Assembly (NCBI GenBank): GCA_041242255.1
Contig: JBESAV010000001.1
Coordinates: 32,001-96,000, forward strand
Length of the DNA: 64,000 nucleotides
DNA from: Candidatus Altimarinota bacterium
GTDB lineage: Bacteria > Patescibacteriota > Gracilibacteria > UBA1369 > GCA-2718715
Direction: 5' to 3'
The translations under genes were made by a program, and so were the position numbers. Positions 31,290 to 41,447 of this stretch are shown here, piece by piece; the first letter of the stretch is position 1; each line of letters starts with the position of its first letter. The notes under the pieces were generated by a model. It was not told where the DNA came from and made no database searches. It was given only the letters and a program-made list of their open reading frames with translations.

Positions 31290-32213
31290 TTACCTAAGCA
31301 TTAAATAAACTCCTGTCTCAATATCTTTCTGATCCACTTCAGTTGGATCATTTTCATAAATCTCCAAACCAACCACACCTTTTCTCAACTTAACTTTATC
31401 TTTCATAGCTCTCATCATCAACATACTCCATGCATTCCCAAGATGATTGTAATTACCTTTATGCATAGCCTTCATTGCTTTACCAGACTCAAAATCAATT
31501 ATTTCAAACTCTTTGTCATCAATGTCCTTCACATCATTCATTTGAAGACAAACATAATACTCACACATACCTTTCACCGGTTCCCATTTCGTATACAAAG
31601 CCAAGGGAGCACCCGACTGCTTCCATTTCAATTCACCAGCTCTCTGCATAAGTTTACCCATCAAAGGCCCCATACTTTTAGCAATGTTATCAATCTCTGC
31701 AGTTCCTTTATAACCAACCAAGTATGGAATTTCTAAATCCACAAAACCTTCATAAGAAGAATTTGCAGTCACCTCTCCCTTCTCCAAAACGTCTTTTAAC
31801 ATAAGCAAACCTCTTTTGAAATCCATCCCAATCATCGCTTTCATACTATTCTTCATCCAAAACATAAACCATGGTAAAGAACCATCCATATGCCAATTCA
31901 CTTCAGTCTCTCCATTCATATCTTTAAAATCATACCAAACCTTAGCCTTGGATTTATAAGGAGCTTTAAATTCTAAAGCATATTCTAGATATTTATCTTT
32001 AGTCTCATCCACAAGTCTCATCTCTCCCTCACCAACATACTCTCCATTCCATTTTGAATATTTCTCAGCATATTCTTGATCTGCTTCAGGATCACAAACC
32101 ATCCAAGGATCCCAACTCTTTGAGTGCTGAAAATCTTTCATAAATTTAAATACCTCAGAAACAGGCTTTTCAATCTTGATAGATTTGTGCACATGATACT
32201 TTGCCATTTTCAA
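31290..32213 (-). CDS. SRPBCC plus GyrI-like effector-binding protein
   Basis: DF...WDPW and IGMDF.RGL..LK; HKGNY.HL..AW and EIY.NDP motifs. Confidence 0.88.
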   Translation of the reverse strand: MKMAKYHVHKSIKIEKPVSEVFKFMKDFQHSKSWDPWMVCDPEADQEYAEKYSKWNGEYVGEGEMRLVDETKDKYLEYALEFKAPYKSKAKVWYDFKDMNGETEVNWHMDGSLPWFMFWMKNSMKAMIGMDFKRGLLMLKDVLEKGEVTANSSYEGFVDLEIPYLVGYKGTAEIDNIAKSMGPLMGKLMQRAGELKWKQSGAPLALYTKWEPVKGMCEYYVCLQMNDVKDIDDKEFEIIDFESGKAMKAMHKGNYNHLGNAWSMLMMRAMKDKVKLRKGVVGLEIYENDPTEVDQKDIETGVYLMLR

Positions 32214-32225
32214 TTGATTAATTTT

Positions 32226-32768
32226 TTATAAAACAGGAGCAATCACTTCATTCAAATACTCCAAATCTTCCTCGTCCACAACCATACAATTTCTTTCTAA
32301 AACAACATTTCCACCCACACCAATCAAATCAACCTTCGTTGTATCACAGAAACCATCATTCACAGTATAAACAACTGCATCAATATTAGAGATACTCACA
32401 TAATACTGATCAACAAGACCTTCCTGATTCAAAATATCCTCCAAAGCCCTAGGCTCAGTCTCTCTAATTGAATACTTTCTCCATTGAGCAACCTCTCCTT
32501 CCCCCATCTCAACCATTGGCCCAAATACCTTCAAACCATCTTCATTCTCATATACGTCTGCAATCATAATCCAAAACATTTCATAATCCATAGGACCAAC
32601 CTCCTCACCCATAGCCTCATCATTCATATCTTGTGTATCATCACCAGCAACAACATCATCTTCCATCACTTGAGAGTCATCAATACTCATGTCTTCAGTC
32701 GTTACACCACATCCAGCTAAAAACACTAACGTCAATACAGCAATCAAAATCGACCTCATAATTATCAA
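32226..32768 (-). CDS. Hypothetical lipoprotein
   Basis: LAGC lipobox. Confidence 0.7.
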   Translation of the reverse strand: MIIMRSILIAVLTLVFLAGCGVTTEDMSIDDSQVMEDDVVAGDDTQDMNDEAMGEEVGPMDYEMFWIMIADVYENEDGLKVFGPMVEMGEGEVAQWRKYSIRETEPRALEDILNQEGLVDQYYVSISNIDAVVYTVNDGFCDTTKVDLIGVGGNVVLERNCMVVDEEDLEYLNEVIAPVL

Positions 32769-32829
32769 TTAAATATTTCCCAAATCATATCACATCTATG
32801 CTAATATCAAATAAATTTAGAATTCACAT

Positions 32830-33897
32830 ATGAAAATCAAAAACTTAAACACCTACTTTTTCGTAGCTTGTTTCGTCCTAATAGGATACCTAACTTATCA
32901 AATCTACGCACCATTTGTTGTCACAATATTTGTCGCCGCAGTTTTAGCAGTAGTATTCCAAAAACCATATCAAAAAATCTTAAAACTAACCAAAAACAGG
33001 GAAGCCATATCATCTGCCTTAACCTGTCTTTTAGTTTTCTTCGTAATTATCTTACCTCTCAGTTTCGTAGTCAGCTTAATCTCAGCTGAGGTCATCGACC
33101 TAAGCCAACAAGTCCGAAACACTGATTCAGAACTGTACCAGACTCTAGAACCAGCCCTTGCCCAATTAGAAAAGATACCGGTTGTCCAAAACTACATCGA
33201 CAATCCACAACAACTTCTCGAAGACGAAAGAATAACTTCAGCCGCATCCCAAGTAAGCCAATTCGCACTGAGGTACTTCACTAGTTTATCTCAAAGTATA
33301 GCCTCTATTTCTGGTCTAGTAGTAACTATGTTCTTCTCCTTATTCTACTTCTTTATAGATGGAAAAAAGGCAATCAAGAAAGTTATGAACATAAGCCCAT
33401 TGGCAGACAAACATGAAGAACAACTCATCAAAAAATTCACCTCAATGACCAGAGCAACTCTCAAAGGTACTCTTGCCTTAGGACTCATCCAAGGTCTTAT
33501 GGGTGGACTAGCTTTCCTCATAACTGGAGTTAACTCAGTAGCACTCTGGACAGTTATCATGATCGCTCTGTCAGTTATTCCTCTAGTCGGAGCTCCAGTT
33601 GTTATGCTTCCAGCCGCTATCATAATGTTTATCGTAGGGAATATATGGCAAGGTATCTTCCTTCTGATAGCCACAGGAGTAGTCTCAGCTGCAGATAATA
33701 TCTTAAGACCTCAATTAGTTGGAAAAGATGTAGAGATGCATTCTCTTCTAATCTTCTTCTCAACCATTGGAGGGATAGCCGCATTTGGAGTCTTAGGGTT
33801 TGTTATCGGTCCAATCATCATGGCTCTATTCCTAACATTCATAGAAATCTATCAACTCGAATTCAAAGAAGACCTCAAAAAATACAATCAAAAGTAA
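32830..33897 (+). CDS. AI-2E family transporter
   Basis: DNILRP.LVG and GG...FG..G...GP motifs; multi-TM. Confidence 0.92.
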   Translation: MKIKNLNTYFFVACFVLIGYLTYQIYAPFVVTIFVAAVLAVVFQKPYQKILKLTKNREAISSALTCLLVFFVIILPLSFVVSLISAEVIDLSQQVRNTDSELYQTLEPALAQLEKIPVVQNYIDNPQQLLEDERITSAASQVSQFALRYFTSLSQSIASISGLVVTMFFSLFYFFIDGKKAIKKVMNISPLADKHEEQLIKKFTSMTRATLKGTLALGLIQGLMGGLAFLITGVNSVALWTVIMIALSVIPLVGAPVVMLPAAIIMFIVGNIWQGIFLLIATGVVSAADNILRPQLVGKDVEMHSLLIFFSTIGGIAAFGVLGFVIGPIIMALFLTFIEIYQLEFKEDLKKYNQK

Positions 33898-33955
33898 AAC
33901 CCATAAAAAGCTATCACTTAAATCTGATAGCTTTTTTAATTATCAAAAATCAACA

Positions 33956-33980
33956 AAAAGGGTCCAGCCAAAGCTGGACC
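33956..33980 (-). terminator. Intrinsic terminator
   Basis: GGTCCAGC-TTTG-GCTGGACC hairpin followed by a T tract on the minus strand. Confidence 0.7.
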
Positions 33981-34033
33981 AAACTCCTCAAATTAAGTTG
34001 TGTTTTAAACTTCCAGAACTTCTTTTACTAAAA

Positions 34034-34417
34034 TTAAATATAAAATTCCTCATAAATCAAACGAAACATATCATGAATATTACTCACTTTATACACAAGG
34101 TATCTTTGAGAGTTAATCCAAAAGTCTACATTATACGAATGTTTCATATACGCATGGAAATTTGGATCGGTAAAATCAAAGTCAAGAACACCAGTACGGG
34201 GTCCATATGAAAAAAACAACCAATCCTGATAAACCTTAGAAATATTCAAAACTTCAAAACCGTCCATAACTTCATAACCAGAAGTTACCGGAACAAGAAT
34301 AAAATATTCAGAATTAACAAAGTTTAGAAAAAGATTAAACTTATTTACAATAGTCATTTGTGACTCCTTTGCTGCAAACAGCATTTTTTGATTTTGACAC
34401 GTAGTCAATCGATACAA
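34034..34417 (-). CDS. Hypothetical orphan protein
   Basis: 127 aa ORF; start uncertain; has its own terminator. Confidence 0.5.
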   Translation of the reverse strand: MYRLTTCQNQKMLFAAKESQMTIVNKFNLFLNFVNSEYFILVPVTSGYEVMDGFEVLNISKVYQDWLFFSYGPRTGVLDFDFTDPNFHAYMKHSYNVDFWINSQRYLVYKVSNIHDMFRLIYEEFYI

Positions 34418-34648
34418 GAAAAATTACTTCAAAAACTCATAAAACTTCAAAATAAAACACAACTTTTCAATGAACAGTTCTAGAAGCCAAGACACTCTCA
34501 GAAGAGATCTTTAACTTACAAACTAAATTATAAGCAAAAACCTAATCTCTTCAAGTAAAACACTAGACTTGCAACTGTATCCCCAAAATATTTCTCAATT
34601 CATTGATCATACATTAAAATCAAATAAACAATTTAACATTCAGTAAGC

Positions 34649-35278
34649 ATGAAGTTTTTCAAAAAACAAAAGGCTAGTCTTAGCCGGATAGGTGCAGAAT
34701 TAATTGGAACATTTTTCTTATCCAAAATGATTCTTCTAAGTGTAACCGGAAACATTGGACTAAGCGTCCCATTAGCTGCAGCCCTTACTTTAATGGTTTT
34801 CGTTTATACGGTTGGACCAATAAGCGGAGCCCACTTAAACCCAGCTATCACAATCGGGCTTTTAGCTACCAAGAAAATCAAAGTAAAAGAAGCTGCTTGG
34901 TACATCATAGCTCAAATTGTAGGAGCTACTTTAGCCATGTTAAGTATGTATTTAGTTTTCAGCCTACCTGAAGTTTCACCTGATGGGGTAGTATGGCAAA
35001 TCATTCTAGGAGAATTCGTAGGAACCTTTGCTCTAGCTTGGACAGTTTACGCAGTAGCCTCTAAAAAAACTACCGAAGCAGCCTCTGGAATAACAGTAGC
35101 TGGATCTCTTCTTATAGGTATACTTATAGCCAGTCCACTTTCAAACGCAGTCTTAAATCCAGTAGTAGCTCTCGCAATCGGATCAGTCTCAACACTTTAT
35201 CTTCTCACACCAATAGTTGCATCTATATGCGCTATGCTTCTATACAAACACCTAGAATCCTGCGAAATAGAAATATAG
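34649..35278 (+). CDS. Aquaporin/MIP family channel
   Basis: ISGAHLNPA and a second LNPV motif. Confidence 0.92.
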   Translation: MKFFKKQKASLSRIGAELIGTFFLSKMILLSVTGNIGLSVPLAAALTLMVFVYTVGPISGAHLNPAITIGLLATKKIKVKEAAWYIIAQIVGATLAMLSMYLVFSLPEVSPDGVVWQIILGEFVGTFALAWTVYAVASKKTTEAASGITVAGSLLIGILIASPLSNAVLNPVVALAIGSVSTLYLLTPIVASICAMLLYKHLESCEIEI

Positions 35279-35319
35279 AATATCAGACTAAAAACACCTC
35301 CGATTCTAAGAGGTGTTTT

Positions 35320-35754
35320 TTAAATATTAAATTTTCTAGCTAACCCTTTTTTAGTATGAACATAGTCAGCCTCTATAATTTTCTCTAAAACTTCCAAATC
35401 CACATCAGCCAACTTATTAATATATAGACAACCCACACCAGTCTTATGCTTACCAAGCTTAGCCAGCAGTTGATCTTTCTTATCAAAATCACTTAAAACA
35501 TATAACGAATGTTTAGTTTTACGAGGGGAGAAACCACAATAAAACCAATCACCCTTCTGAGAACTACGCTCATGCTCATAGTAATATTCACCAAAACCAA
35601 TAATACTATCACCCCATATATATGGTTTTTCGCCAGTTACTCTTTTAAACATCTCTAAAAGCTGAAAAGCTTCAGAACGTCGTCGTTCATGATCTATACT
35701 ATTCAAGTATTCCTCAACATTCTTATCAGTTTTCTTCGTTTTTAACTCTCCCAT
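35320..35754 (-). CDS. DUF1801 domain protein
   Basis: WG.SIIGFG.Y, GFSPRK, LGKHKTG..CLYINKL motifs. Confidence 0.9.
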   Translation of the reverse strand: MGELKTKKTDKNVEEYLNSIDHERRRSEAFQLLEMFKRVTGEKPYIWGDSIIGFGEYYYEHERSSQKGDWFYCGFSPRKTKHSLYVLSDFDKKDQLLAKLGKHKTGVGCLYINKLADVDLEVLEKIIEADYVHTKKGLARKFNI

Positions 35755-35824
35755 GTTCTAAATTAGACTTAAATACATTGTGCGGTATAACTCAATCCTA
35801 CCTTTAGCTAATCCAATGAGTACT

Positions 35825-36292
35825 CTAATACTCAATTTTATCATCTTTATCCTCCCATTTCTTAAACAGATCAATAGTCTTATCCCTTCCCATTTGAATA
35901 AAAGGAATCTTCCTCTCCTCTATCGCTAAATCAATCTCATCATAAATAAACTTATCATCAAACCCAATCCTAGCTGCATCTTCCTTTTCGCTTCCATAGT
36001 AAACCTTCTCAGGCCTAGACCAATAGATCGCACCGATACACATCGGACAAGGCTCACAAGTAGTATAAAGTTCGCATCCATCCAACTGAAAACTCCCAAG
36101 TTTGGCACAAGCTCTTCTTATAGCCACGACCTCTGCATGAGCTGTCGGGTCATCAGAAGAAGTTACTTCATTTGTACCTTCTGCAACGATAACTCCATCT
36201 TTCACCACAACAGCACCAAACGGACCACCTTTTCCAGAATCCATACTCTGTAGAGCAATATCTATAGCTCTTTGCATAAATTTTTTATCCAT
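35825..36292 (-). CDS. guaD: Guanine/nucleoside deaminase
   Basis: GGPFGA, HAE and PCPMC zinc motifs; GFDD..IY. Confidence 0.88.
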   Translation of the reverse strand: MDKKFMQRAIDIALQSMDSGKGGPFGAVVVKDGVIVAEGTNEVTSSDDPTAHAEVVAIRRACAKLGSFQLDGCELYTTCEPCPMCIGAIYWSRPEKVYYGSEKEDAARIGFDDKFIYDEIDLAIEERKIPFIQMGRDKTIDLFKKWEDKDDKIEY

Positions 36293-36413
36293 CCTTTCTC
36301 TCTGTTTTATCGTCTTTAGTTATCTTATCCACAATCACATCAGCCACTTTAGTCATAACCGCAGTCACAACCAAGCTCATAATGTAATTCTTAACTTTTT
36401 TACTAAATCTCAT
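36285..36413 (-). CDS. Small protein, 42 aa (not in ORF track)
   Basis: MRFSKKVKNYIMSLVVTAVMTKVADVIVDKITKDDKTERKDG*; fills the operon gap and overlaps the next start. Confidence 0.55.
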   Translation of the reverse strand: MRFSKKVKNYIMSLVVTAVMTKVADVIVDKITKDDKTERKDG

Positions 36414-36415
36414 AC

Positions 36416-36721
36416 TTATTTTACTCCTTTTAAATAAATCTTCTGATCAAACCCTCCTCTCCTCTCAGCTTTCTCAATTCTAACTTCTTCTAAGTATACC
36501 ATATCTTTACCCTTCATCTCTAATACTTTCCTAATCACTTCCATAACATCTGCTAACTCCTCAATCTCCCCGGACCCCAAAAACTCATCCACCTCCTCCT
36601 GTAGTTTCTTCAAAAGCTCATCATAAAACCTCTCATCTTCTAAAGTTTCAACCAAAGGCTCCTCTCCATTTTTCTCAATAATCTCAGGAATACGATCCCG
36701 AACAAGTTTATTATATTTCAT
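36416..36721 (-). CDS. MazG-like nucleoside triphosphate pyrophosphohydrolase
   Basis: YNKLVRDRIPEII, KLQEE, EELAD, RGGF motifs. Confidence 0.9.
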   Translation of the reverse strand: MKYNKLVRDRIPEIIEKNGEEPLVETLEDERFYDELLKKLQEEVDEFLGSGEIEELADVMEVIRKVLEMKGKDMVYLEEVRIEKAERRGGFDQKIYLKGVK

Positions 36722-37385
36722 TTAACAAATTTAAAACTTCCTCTCCAACTTTCTTAGCCGATGCTGGGTTTTGTCCTGTCACAAGTCTTTCATCTACCTC
36801 AACATGCTCTTGCCATAAATCAGATTTTTCAAATTTAGCACCTCTTTCTCTAAGTTTTGACTCAAGCAAAAAAGGTACAACATTCTCTAATCCTATCTTT
36901 TTCTCTTCAGCATCTGTAAATGAGTTCACTTTCTTACCATCTACTAAATAGTTACCATTACTCATCTTCAAATTAACCAAAGCCGCAGGACCATGACAAA
37001 CAGCACTAACCACACCTCCATTTTCGTAAATCTCTCGACCTATTTTTTGTAAATCTTCATTTTCAGGAAAATCCCACATAGTTCCATGACCACCCACAAA
37101 ATGAATCGCAGAATATTTTGACGAATCAACTTCACTTGGTTTCATCGTATTTTTAATCTTTAACTGATACTCATCGCTTTCCCAAAACTCTTTATTGGTT
37201 TCATCACTCAAGTCAAAAGCATCAATAGGAGCCACCCCTCCTTTCGGACTGACAAAATCAATCTCATATCCAGCCTCATGCAACACCTTCCAAGGATGCG
37301 AAGCTTCAGACATATGAAACCCAGTTGGAACACCAGCCCCTCCTCTCTCAGAATGACTAGTTAACACAAATAAAATCTTTTTCAT
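36711..37385 (-). CDS. DJ-1/PfpI (type 1 glutamine amidotransferase-like) protein
   Basis: GGHGTMWD, AVCHG, VTGQNP motifs. Confidence 0.93.
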   Translation of the reverse strand: MKKILFVLTSHSERGGAGVPTGFHMSEASHPWKVLHEAGYEIDFVSPKGGVAPIDAFDLSDETNKEFWESDEYQLKIKNTMKPSEVDSSKYSAIHFVGGHGTMWDFPENEDLQKIGREIYENGGVVSAVCHGPAALVNLKMSNGNYLVDGKKVNSFTDAEEKKIGLENVVPFLLESKLRERGAKFEKSDLWQEHVEVDERLVTGQNPASAKKVGEEVLNLLNEI

Positions 37386-37429
37386 CTCAAATTATTAAAT
37401 CTACTAACATACTATCACACAAGCCAAAA

Positions 37430-38899
37430 CTACCTCAGATGTTGATCAAAAAACTCAACATTAGAACTCATAAATTCAGGCCAATCTGCTATCAACTCAT
37501 GCGGCCCTCCTTCATAAACATTATAAGTAAGATCAGAACCAATACTCTCAGCTGCAACATTCAACTTATCAGCCCACTCAATAGGCGTAGAATCATCAGC
37601 ACTTCCCTGCTGCAACAGAACTGGAGCTTCTAACCTATCCAGATAATTTATAGGAGAAACACCATCCCAAAAAACAGGATTTTCCTCAAAATCACCATAC
37701 TTTTGGAGTATCAACTCCCCTATTCGATCTCCCCTAGTCCATTTATCAAAGTTATCTCTATAGTCAGCACTTACAGGAGCATAAAGGACTACTGCATCCA
37801 CCAAATCAGGCAAAGCAACCATTATATTACTGGTGATCCCACCCCCCATAGAGTGCCCAAGCATTCCTATATTTTCTTTATCCATAAATTCAAAATCAGA
37901 ACCTTCAATAGCCTTTACTAGATTTACAACATCTTCCGTATATCCAAATCTCAAATTAATCCCATTATTCCCAACCTCACTTGAAAAAGCATGGTTTCTA
38001 TAATCAGGATGAATCACAACATATCCCTCCCTTGCAAAATAATCCTGCTCTCTCTTTAAACCACGTCCAAGTGTATATATATCTGGATCAATATAACCAT
38101 GATTCAAAACTAATACTGGATGAGGCCCCTCAGATTTTGGCACATTCATAATCCCTGAAATATCCAAAACACCACTCTTATAATTTATCTGATATCTAGT
38201 ATAAGACTCATTCTCTGACAAAGTTTGAACAATCTCTAACTCCCTGCCATCAAAATTTCTTTCCGAAAAATCCATCAACGACACCTCCCTATCCTCAAAA
38301 AAACTCATTGGATCAATCCATTCCAAGAGTTCATCTTCACTAGCTACATAACCTCTCGTATCCAGATCAATACCTGGCTTAACTCCTAAATGCAAATGTT
38401 TTCTTTCTCCATCAGTCTCTTCACTAAAACCTTCCCCCAATACTCCGATCTCCTCTCCTTTCTCAACTCTATCCTCAAGAATCATCGAATCAGGATCAAG
38501 ATGACCGTATAAAAAAGAATAAACTTCGCCATCAATTTCATGACTCAAAATCAAAACTCCCCCATAGCCATCAACCACATCTCGAAACTCAACAACTCCA
38601 TCTTCTACAGCCAAAACAGGAGTATCACTCTCTTCCAAAGACTCAATATCCAAACCAGTATGATATCCAGTAAATCGCTCACCTTCCACAGGTGAATTAC
38701 TTGGTGATACATACAAACCATAATCTTTATACAAAATACCTTCTCTAAAATTCTCCACCGGTTCAACTATCCCCTCATCTCTTTCAACCTCAACATTCTC
38801 TTCAGTCTGCTCTATATCAGAAACCAAGCCAGTCAAATCACCTACATCAGCACATCCAAACAATCCAACTGACATCAAAACCAAACATAAAAAACGCAT
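37430..38899 (-). CDS. Lipoprotein fusing an M23 peptidase and an S9-type alpha/beta hydrolase
   Basis: LFGC lipobox; HTGLD and HLH (M23); GHSMGG nucleophile with downstream Asp and His. Confidence 0.85.
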   Translation of the reverse strand: MRFLCLVLMSVGLFGCADVGDLTGLVSDIEQTEENVEVERDEGIVEPVENFREGILYKDYGLYVSPSNSPVEGERFTGYHTGLDIESLEESDTPVLAVEDGVVEFRDVVDGYGGVLILSHEIDGEVYSFLYGHLDPDSMILEDRVEKGEEIGVLGEGFSEETDGERKHLHLGVKPGIDLDTRGYVASEDELLEWIDPMSFFEDREVSLMDFSERNFDGRELEIVQTLSENESYTRYQINYKSGVLDISGIMNVPKSEGPHPVLVLNHGYIDPDIYTLGRGLKREQDYFAREGYVVIHPDYRNHAFSSEVGNNGINLRFGYTEDVVNLVKAIEGSDFEFMDKENIGMLGHSMGGGITSNIMVALPDLVDAVVLYAPVSADYRDNFDKWTRGDRIGELILQKYGDFEENPVFWDGVSPINYLDRLEAPVLLQQGSADDSTPIEWADKLNVAAESIGSDLTYNVYEGGPHELIADWPEFMSSNVEFFDQHLR

Positions 38900-38949
38900 A
38901 CAAAAGTCTTAAATCTAAAACAATTCTATCACACACCAAAAATCACCTT

Positions 38950-39411
38950 TTAGAAGAATTCAGCTTGAAAATCCTCAAGGTCAATTCCAGTAACAGTCTC
39001 TCCTTCAACTACATCAACCATCAATAAAACATGATCTTCACAATCATTTGCATCACCACAAGCTGTATAGCCTCCGATTACATCAGGTGCTCCAGAAACT
39101 TCTGTTTTAGAGAAAACTTTATATGAACCAGCTGGGACCTCTATTCTATAACCAATACCATAAGTATACTCATCCCCCTCTAAAGTTTGATATATACCAC
39201 AAGAACTTCCTCTTTCATTTTCAGTACAAACCATCAAATTATCAGGAATCCCCTCACTCGGATACGCCAATGATCCTTCTATATAACCATTACCTTCCAT
39301 AGGCTCGTTCATTGATCCGCTATCAAATCCTGTTTCAGAATCATAAGAAACTTGATAACTACATCCACCCAAAGCCAACGCCATCAAAGATACAAACAAA
39401 AACTTTCTCAT
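38950..39411 (-). CDS. Hypothetical lipoprotein
   Basis: LGGC lipobox; GSL.YPSE.IP motif. Confidence 0.7.
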   Translation of the reverse strand: MRKFLFVSLMALALGGCSYQVSYDSETGFDSGSMNEPMEGNGYIEGSLAYPSEGIPDNLMVCTENERGSSCGIYQTLEGDEYTYGIGYRIEVPAGSYKVFSKTEVSGAPDVIGGYTACGDANDCEDHVLLMVDVVEGETVTGIDLEDFQAEFF

Positions 39412-39486
39412 TTTCTCAAATTAAATTCTAAAAACATTTTACTACACCAAAAAAGACTAGCAAGTTACCCCACTAGTCAGTTTAGT

Positions 39487-40878
39487 TTATGCTTCTGCTA
39501 TTTTCTTATTTATTACTTTCCATATCCAGATAAATCCTAACAACGAAGCAACCACACTTCCTACCATCAATGACAACCAAACTCCGTTTATAGACATCTC
39601 CAAGCTATTCACAACCCAATAAGCACCAGCAATAATTAAAGCCACTCTTCCAAAAGTTATCCAAAATCCTGGCCATGACCTACCAAACCCCTGAAACAAA
39701 CTTGTCTCAATAAATGCCATGGCAAAGAAAGGATAACCTAAAGGCACAATCCTAAAGTAAGCCAAAGCATATTCAGTAACCACAGTATCATCCGTAAATA
39801 CACCAACAATCATCGGAGCCCCTAAGAATACCAGAACACTAAAAAGCAAAGCCGCTCCAGCTCCAAACTTCACTGCAGTCAGAATTATTTCTTTAAGTCT
39901 CTGAAAATCTTTCGCTCCAAGATTTTGCCCCATCATTGCCATCGCTCCAAAACCAAATCCAACTGCAGGAATAAAGGCAAAAAACTCAATCCTAAACCCT
40001 ATCGAAAAAGCTGCTGCTCCAGCCTCCAAAAATGCTCCTGAAACCAACGCTGTTAAAAACAAGAAAGACAACGGATTCAAAGTCTGAGTGAAAGAAGCCG
40101 GCAAACCAATATCAATCACCTTCTTCACTGATTTCCATTTCAGTCCTAGATTACTTAACTTCAACCTCACCAACATCTGCTCACTCATCAACATTTTCAA
40201 AGCCAAAACCAAAAAGACAAACTGAGCAATCAAAGTAGCATAAGCTGCTCCAGCTATCCCAAACCCTCCAAAACTACCAAACCCAAATATCAACAAAGGA
40301 TCCAAAACAACATTCACCAAAGTCGAAATAGCAAAGTATTTAGTAGCAGTAAGATTATCTCCCTGAGCATTAAAAGCAGTTGAGGCGTTCATCATCAAAA
40401 ACATCAAAACCGACCCCAAAGAAGTAATAGAAAAATAACTCAATGCCATCGGAAAAATATCTCCTATAGCTCCTGAAACTGTCAAAAACTGCTCCTTAAA
40501 GATCATTGCAATCACCGTAAAGAAAATAGCAGCAATAAAAGCCAAGCTAAACCCCTGCCCCATAACTTCCTCAGCTTGTTCCTTCTCACCAGCTCCCATC
40601 TTAATCCCCATCAAAACCGAAGAACCAACCGACAAACCCATTGAAAGAGAAATCATCACAAACAAAGACAACTGTGATATTGAAACAGCCGCTATAGCAG
40701 CAGGCGAAATCTTCGCCACCCAAAAAGCATCAACTAGATTGTAAAATGTATGAAAAAACATAGACAACATCATCGGCCAAGACAACTTCCACAGATGTTT
40801 ACCAATAGATCCTTTAGTTAAATCAACTCCGTGCATAAACTCAATTATATTTGCCCGGATTATATGCCTATTTGACAC
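39487..40878 (-). CDS. MATE family efflux transporter
   Basis: YNLVD, NVVLDPLLIFG, G..GAA.AT, GQNLGA motifs. Confidence 0.93.
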   Translation of the reverse strand: MSNRHIIRANIIEFMHGVDLTKGSIGKHLWKLSWPMMLSMFFHTFYNLVDAFWVAKISPAAIAAVSISQLSLFVMISLSMGLSVGSSVLMGIKMGAGEKEQAEEVMGQGFSLAFIAAIFFTVIAMIFKEQFLTVSGAIGDIFPMALSYFSITSLGSVLMFLMMNASTAFNAQGDNLTATKYFAISTLVNVVLDPLLIFGFGSFGGFGIAGAAYATLIAQFVFLVLALKMLMSEQMLVRLKLSNLGLKWKSVKKVIDIGLPASFTQTLNPLSFLFLTALVSGAFLEAGAAAFSIGFRIEFFAFIPAVGFGFGAMAMMGQNLGAKDFQRLKEIILTAVKFGAGAALLFSVLVFLGAPMIVGVFTDDTVVTEYALAYFRIVPLGYPFFAMAFIETSLFQGFGRSWPGFWITFGRVALIIAGAYWVVNSLEMSINGVWLSLMVGSVVASLLGFIWIWKVINKKIAEA

Positions 40879-40890
40879 AAATACAATCCC

Positions 40891-41262
40891 TTATCTATTC
40901 CTTAAAATAGATTCCATTTTCTTTCCCCTAGCCAACTCATCCACCAGCTTATCCATATACCGACCTTTCCTCACTAACTCATCTTCAATCTCTTCCACTC
41001 TATATCCACAAATCACGCCAGTGATCAAATCTGCATTTTCATGAATCTTCGCCTTCTCAAAAAAACGTTCAAAATCCACATCACTCTCAGCCAACTCAGC
41101 AAGTTCATCAGCTGAAAAACCAGTCAGCCAACTCAAAACAGTATCCAGTTCATCTTTGGATCTGCCTTTCTTCTCAATCTTTGCCAAATAAAGCGGATAG
41201 ATATCAGCAAACTTCAGCTTAGCCATCCTATCTCTATGAGCCTGAGTAACTTTCATATCCAA
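40891..41262 (-). CDS. DUF2200 family protein
   Basis: KKGR..ELD, ITGVICGYRVEEI, DKLVDELA.GK motifs. Confidence 0.9.
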   Translation of the reverse strand: MDMKVTQAHRDRMAKLKFADIYPLYLAKIEKKGRSKDELDTVLSWLTGFSADELAELAESDVDFERFFEKAKIHENADLITGVICGYRVEEIEDELVRKGRYMDKLVDELARGKKMESILRNR

Positions 41263-41274
41263 AATTTAATGTAA

Positions 41275-41364
41275 TGGCGGAGAGGAAGGGATTCGAACCC
41301 TCGATACGGTTACCCGCATACACGCTTTCCAAGCGTGCTCCTTCAGCCACTCGGACACCTCTCC
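41275..41364 (-). tRNA. tRNA-Ser(GGA)
   Basis: 90 nt, GGAGAGG.../...CCTCTCCGCCA; anticodon arm CACGC-TT GGA AA-GCGTG; long variable arm. Confidence 0.96.
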
Positions 41365-41447
41365 ACTACAAAGCCAAATATACAACAAACCACTAAACTA
41401 ACCAAACCAATTATGTTACAATATAGTGAGTTAATTAAAATTTAAAA

